The position numbers were made by a program, and so were the translations under genes. The notes under the pieces are model-generated. The model was given only the letters and a program-made list of their open reading frames with translations, searched no databases and was not told the origin of the DNA. Shown in pieces: positions 60,431 to 64,000 of a stretch of 64,000 bases of DNA; the first letter of the stretch is position 1, and the number at the start of each line of letters is the position of its first letter. The stretch lies in contig JBAZPX010000004.1 in assembly GCA_041645555.1 (NCBI GenBank), positions 10,334-74,333 of the forward strand, read 5' to 3'. Source of the DNA: Patescibacteria group bacterium (lineage in GTDB: Bacteria > Patescibacteriota > Patescibacteriia > Patescibacteriales > JAQTRU01).

Positions 60431-60919
60431 ATGGAGAAAAAAATATTGAAAGAATTGAATAATTTTTTGGGAAAAGCCGCTTTGGCCACCTATGCCGGCG
60501 GCGGACCCGAAGTTGACCCGGAAGAACCGGGTTTTAAAGAACTGGGATTTGGAGAGGGCCGATGGCGCTATAAAGACAGCTACACGGGATTTTTCCAGTC
60601 CTTCGGCCAAGAAACGGTTTGGTTTAAGGGTAAGCCCTTCTGGACCCAAATTTACGGCGGCGGAATGGAAAAAAATTTTTGCCATGACGCCAAATTCGCC
60701 CATCAAACTTTCGCCTTTTTAAAAAAAGCCCTGTCCGCGGGAGAAAAACAAAAAAAATTCCAGCCGCGCGGCCCGAAAAAATTCGCTGATAGCGGCTGGG
60801 AATATTATTGCCGGTGGCAGGGTGATATTACAAAATTCAAAGGCCAAGAAAAAATTTTATTTAAGAAAAAAATCGTATTTACGCACGACTTTCTGGGAAG
60901 TTTAATTATTTCAGGATAG
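60431..60919 (+). CDS. hypothetical conserved protein (162 aa)
   Basis: Clean ORF. The Trp/Gly/Tyr-rich motif W.YKDSYTGFF...G.E.VW..GKPFW...YGGGM suggests a conserved domain that I cannot name with confidence. Confidence 0.5.
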   Translation: MEKKILKELNNFLGKAALATYAGGGPEVDPEEPGFKELGFGEGRWRYKDSYTGFFQSFGQETVWFKGKPFWTQIYGGGMEKNFCHDAKFAHQTFAFLKKALSAGEKQKKFQPRGPKKFADSGWEYYCRWQGDITKFKGQEKILFKKKIVFTHDFLGSLIISG

Positions 60920-60941
60920 CACAACCTTTTAAGTAATTAAT

Positions 60942-61997
60942 ATGATGTTTAATCCAAACAATTTAGAAAGTATGCTCAGCGGCAGCTTTGTGAACTTTAA
61001 AAAACGGGAACGCCCGCCGCTTTCAGAACCGGAACGCGAATTTAAATTAAAAAACGAAAAAAAGCTAAAGGAAGGAATCGGAGTCTTGCGAAAATTAAGA
61101 ACCCAGGCGCTAGATGAAGAGGACCCTGCCGAGCAACAGAATATTTTAGAAGAAGCCCACCAACTTTCTAGCAAGATGGCGGAAGTGATTTTAAGCCAGT
61201 CTTTAGGAGACAAACCGTCCCCGATTGACCCCTCTTTCTTAGAAACGCTCCGGCAAGCGCGGAGCAAGCACGTTGATAAAGACGCCGGCTCCGGACATGG
61301 TCTTCCCCCGCAATTTTCAATCCAAAATCTTTTTCGCGCCACAGACGACATGCTTGCCCGCATTGAGGAAAAAGCCCAATCAATCGAAACACCGGACCAC
61401 AAATTAACGCCAGGAGAAATGAGGTATGTGCTCCAGGAATTTTTAAGAGGAACGAACGACCTGACCGTCAACACCATAGAAAAATTTTTTGAAAAAGATA
61501 CAAAGGTAGGCGGTATTTTGAGCGGCGGAAGCGTTTATGTTGAATTGGTTAAAAAAATCGTTGAGAGATACGGCGACCCCTCTCTTAAAGTCAATTCTTT
61601 TGCTATTGCCGTAGATAAGGAAAATAAAAAAGCGGTCTTTGAGGCAAGCGAATCCGATGCGGCCACTCAAGCCGTTATTGTAACGGATGATATAATTGAT
61701 AAAGGCGGCACTGTCCTGACCGCTCTCTGGGCGGCCGGGGAGCAATTCCCCAACGCCATCATATATTCCGGCAAAGGCACGGACCACTCCGGCGGCTTTG
61801 AAAAACGCCGGGCAGAATTACACCTGGGCCATCTCACGGGTTTGTTCCAAGATTTCGCGGATCTTTCCGAAGAGGGGCGAAACGATGAAGCGCTGGCTAT
61901 TTTCAGGCAAGCCGAAGAATACGCCAAAGAAAATAAAGTCAAATTGCAACCGGGCTGGTATAAGCGAAAAGAATGTATAGAAAAAAGCATAAAATAA
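60942..61997 (+). CDS. phosphoribosyltransferase-like protein with an unknown N-terminal domain
   Basis: PRPP-binding-type motif AVIVTDDIIDKGGTV in the C-terminal half. Confidence 0.5.
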   Translation: MMFNPNNLESMLSGSFVNFKKRERPPLSEPEREFKLKNEKKLKEGIGVLRKLRTQALDEEDPAEQQNILEEAHQLSSKMAEVILSQSLGDKPSPIDPSFLETLRQARSKHVDKDAGSGHGLPPQFSIQNLFRATDDMLARIEEKAQSIETPDHKLTPGEMRYVLQEFLRGTNDLTVNTIEKFFEKDTKVGGILSGGSVYVELVKKIVERYGDPSLKVNSFAIAVDKENKKAVFEASESDAATQAVIVTDDIIDKGGTVLTALWAAGEQFPNAIIYSGKGTDHSGGFEKRRAELHLGHLTGLFQDFADLSEEGRNDEALAIFRQAEEYAKENKVKLQPGWYKRKECIEKSIK

Positions 61998-62005
61998 ATA
62001 ATCAT

Positions 62006-62497
62006 ATGGCAAATAAAATTATCATCTATTATTCTTTGGAAGGCAGCACAAGATTGATGGCCGAAACCATGGCCGAGACCATAGACGCGGATATTTTAGA
62101 ATTAAAACCCCTTAAAGAAATAAATCCGAACGGATTTTTAAAATATTTTTGGGGCGGACGACAGGTAGTTTTTAAAGAAAAGCCAAAACTGGAAATTTTT
62201 GATAAAAATCCTTTGGATTATGATATAGTTATAATAGGCACCCCGGTCTGGGCTTTTACTTACGCCCCGCCCCTGAGGTCGTTTTTTAAGCGGGTGAAGC
62301 TAAGAGATAAAAAAATCGGAATATTTTGCTGCCATGAAGGCAATCCCGGGAAAACTTTAGAAAATTTAATTAAAGAATTAGCGGGGAATACGATTGTCGG
62401 GCAAACGGATTTTTTAAACGTAAAAAAAGACCAGGAAAAAAATATAGAGAAAGCTAAAGATTGGGCGCTAAAAATAAAGCAGCAGTCCTTCTGCTAA
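62006..62497 (+). CDS. flavodoxin-like fold protein
   Basis: ORF trimmed to MANKIIIYYSLEGSTRLMAE. IIIGTPVWAF. Confidence 0.6.
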   Translation: MANKIIIYYSLEGSTRLMAETMAETIDADILELKPLKEINPNGFLKYFWGGRQVVFKEKPKLEIFDKNPLDYDIVIIGTPVWAFTYAPPLRSFFKRVKLRDKKIGIFCCHEGNPGKTLENLIKELAGNTIVGQTDFLNVKKDQEKNIEKAKDWALKIKQQSFC

Positions 62498-62522
62498 AGA
62501 GACTGCTGCTGGGCGGAAAAAT

Positions 62523-62972
62523 ATGATTTATCTTGCTTCAGACCACGCCGGGTTTGAATTAAAAAAAGAAATAGCTTCTTTTTTAAAACAAGCCAACCTT
62601 GATTTTATAGATATCGGCCCCCACCGATACGATGAATCTGACGATTACCCGGATTATATAATTCCGGCAGCCCAGAAAGTAGCTGAAAATCCGGACGGAA
62701 ATAAAGGAATTATTTTAGGAGGATCGGGCCAGGGCGAGGCCCTTGCCGCCAATAAAGTAAAGGGTGTTAAAGCGGCCCTCTTTTACGGCGGGCCAAAGGA
62801 AATAGTCTCTCTGGCAAAAACCCATAATAATACCAACATACTATCGCTTGGCGCAAGGTTTTTAGATAAAGAAGAAGCTATTGGGGCAGTAAAACTTTGG
62901 CTTGAAACCGGCTTTTCGAACGAGGCCAGGCATAAAAGAAGAATCAAAAAAATAAACGATTATGAAAAATAA
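62523..62972 (+). CDS. rpiB: ribose-5-phosphate isomerase B
   Basis: IYLASDHAGFELKKEI..GIILGGSGQGEALAANKVKGVKAAL. Confidence 0.85.
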   Translation: MIYLASDHAGFELKKEIASFLKQANLDFIDIGPHRYDESDDYPDYIIPAAQKVAENPDGNKGIILGGSGQGEALAANKVKGVKAALFYGGPKEIVSLAKTHNNTNILSLGARFLDKEEAIGAVKLWLETGFSNEARHKRRIKKINDYEK

Positions 62973-63477
62973 TCCGAGAGAAAAAGAATATAAATTCTGC
63001 CCTTCTTGTACTACCAAACTTTCAAGAAAACTTATAGACAAACAAAAATTATTATCCTGCCCTAAATGCGGCTTTGTTTTTTGGAATAATCCCAAGCCGG
63101 TGGTTAGCGTCATTCTTAATAAAGAAGGAAAAATCCTCCTGATAAAACGGGCACAAAAACCGCTTATCGGCTATTGGTGTCTGCCCGGAGGTTATGTTGA
63201 TTATTATGAAAAACCCGAAGAGGCAACCATCCGGGAAGTTAAAGAGGAAACCAATCTAAACGTCAAAATTAAAAAATTAATCGGCGTTTATCAGATAGAT
63301 AATGACCCGCGGGGAATAAACTTAGATATAATCTATTCCGGTTTGATAACGAAAGGGGAAATCAAACTCAACGAAGAATCGCAGGAATTCAAATTCTTCA
63401 CGATAGACAAATTGCCGCGATTGATCGCTTATAAACACAGGCAGGCGATACGAGATTGGAAAAAAATTAAAAAATAA
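62962..63477 (+). CDS. NUDIX hydrolase with an N-terminal zinc ribbon (NudC-like layout)
   Basis: CPSC...CPKCG, then the Nudix box GGYVDYYEKPEEATIREVKEETNL. 11-nt overlap with rpiB. Confidence 0.7.
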   Translation: MKNNPREKEYKFCPSCTTKLSRKLIDKQKLLSCPKCGFVFWNNPKPVVSVILNKEGKILLIKRAQKPLIGYWCLPGGYVDYYEKPEEATIREVKEETNLNVKIKKLIGVYQIDNDPRGINLDIIYSGLITKGEIKLNEESQEFKFFTIDKLPRLIAYKHRQAIRDWKKIKK

Positions 63478-63487
63478 ACGAAAAACC

Positions 63488-63790
63488 ATGAACAAAAAAA
63501 TCCATAAATTAATTAAATATTCTCCGGGCGGAATTTTAAGCAAGGTTATTGAAAAAAATGAAAAAATGGACATTACTTTATTTTGCCTGGCCGCTAGAAC
63601 GGAAATTTCCGAGCATACTTCCACAAAACCGGGCTTTGTTTATGTTATTGAGGGAGACGGAATTTTTAATCTTCGGGGAAAAGCCATAATTATGAGCCCC
63701 GGAACGTTAATTTACATGGAAAAAAACGCTGTCCATTCTTTAAGAGCCAATAAGAACACGAGTTTTTTGCTCGCGCTCGCGAATAATTAG
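63488..63790 (+). CDS. cupin-domain protein
   Basis: ISEHTSTKPGFVYVIEGDG......G...YMEKNAVHSL. Confidence 0.6.
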   Translation: MNKKIHKLIKYSPGGILSKVIEKNEKMDITLFCLAARTEISEHTSTKPGFVYVIEGDGIFNLRGKAIIMSPGTLIYMEKNAVHSLRANKNTSFLLALANN

Positions 63791-63793
63791 AAT

Positions 63794-64000
63794 ATGAAAA
63801 TAGAAGTCCATAAATATGTTTTAGAAATAGCGGTGTTTATCTGCGGCGCGGTTGTTATGGTGTTTGAGCTTGTCGGCTCAAGAGTGCTCGGCCCGTATTT
63901 GGGAACTTCTATTTTCGTCTGGACCAGTTTAATCGGCATAATCCTCGGAAGCCTTAGCCTCGGCTACTGGCTGGGCGGGAAAATTGCCGATAAAAAATCC
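63794..64000 (+). CDS. partial CDS: membrane N-terminus of a spermidine-synthase-like/polyamine aminopropyltransferase-type protein (runs off the window)
   Basis: ATG 63794. MKIEVHKYVLEIAVFICGAVVMVFELVGSRVLGPYLGTSIFVWTSLIGIILGSLSLGYWLGGKIADKK, open to the window end. Confidence 0.5.
   Translation, partial: MKIEVHKYVLEIAVFICGAVVMVFELVGSRVLGPYLGTSIFVWTSLIGIILGSLSLGYWLGGKIADKKS

Overview
An AT-rich, gene-dense bacterial window that looks like a reduced Patescibacteria (CPR)-type genome; that assignment is inference from gene content. Evidence for it: short housekeeping genes mostly without Shine-Dalgarno sequences, an array of TrbC/VirB2-like pilin paralogs, and tails on ribosomal and RNA-binding proteins.

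Recognisable core genes: ychF, yraN, comM/yifB-like, smc, archaeal-type cmk, rplS, tsaE, lspA, a dksA/traR-like gene, a cofE-like gene, yhhQ, rpsO, pnp, rpsP, khpA, trmD, nrnA, rbfA, infB, rnhB, trxB, a bactofilin gene, rpiB, and NUDIX, cupin and flavodoxin-like genes.

RNA genes: tRNA-Cys(GCA), Leu(GAG), Val(TAC), Asp(GTC), Ala(GGC) and Arg(CCT), plus two degenerate tRNA copies. I saw no rRNA, CRISPR array, transposase or integrase.

Main second-look items:
1. Two G+C-rich paralogous gene cassettes (33.8-34.7 kb and 35.7-36.5 kb) share an identical 40-nt consensus promoter and related terminators. They encode a Cys/His-rich protein family I cannot place. They sit on either side of a stand-alone PEP-synthase-type ATP-grasp gene.
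2. That ATP-grasp gene neighbours three proteins carrying only the phosphohistidine swivel domain, each fused to a different N-terminal module; a fourth lies at 48.5 kb. Together they look like a split, one-to-many dikinase/RPH-like phosphotransfer system.
3. The genome is peppered with small palindromic elements. Some sit in-frame inside CDSs (tsaE, an RNA methyltransferase, the ATP-grasp gene, trmD) and some inside tRNA copies, as Rickettsia RPEs do. One family appears related to the ends of a DUF559 endonuclease gene unit.
4. A ~95-bp TACRAAT hairpin element occurs four times inside operons and brackets a NYN-domain RNase gene inserted between rpsO and pnp.
5. Six 30-bp AGTCYAC-N6-GTRGACT palindromes cluster with DnaA-box-like sequences next to tRNA genes.
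6. SMC lacks a hinge domain.
7. Seven tandem pilin-like paralogs plus one isolated copy sit with large surface proteins; the isolated copy has an 8-bp repeat in its signal peptide.

All calls come from reading the sequence and the ORF track. No database search was possible.
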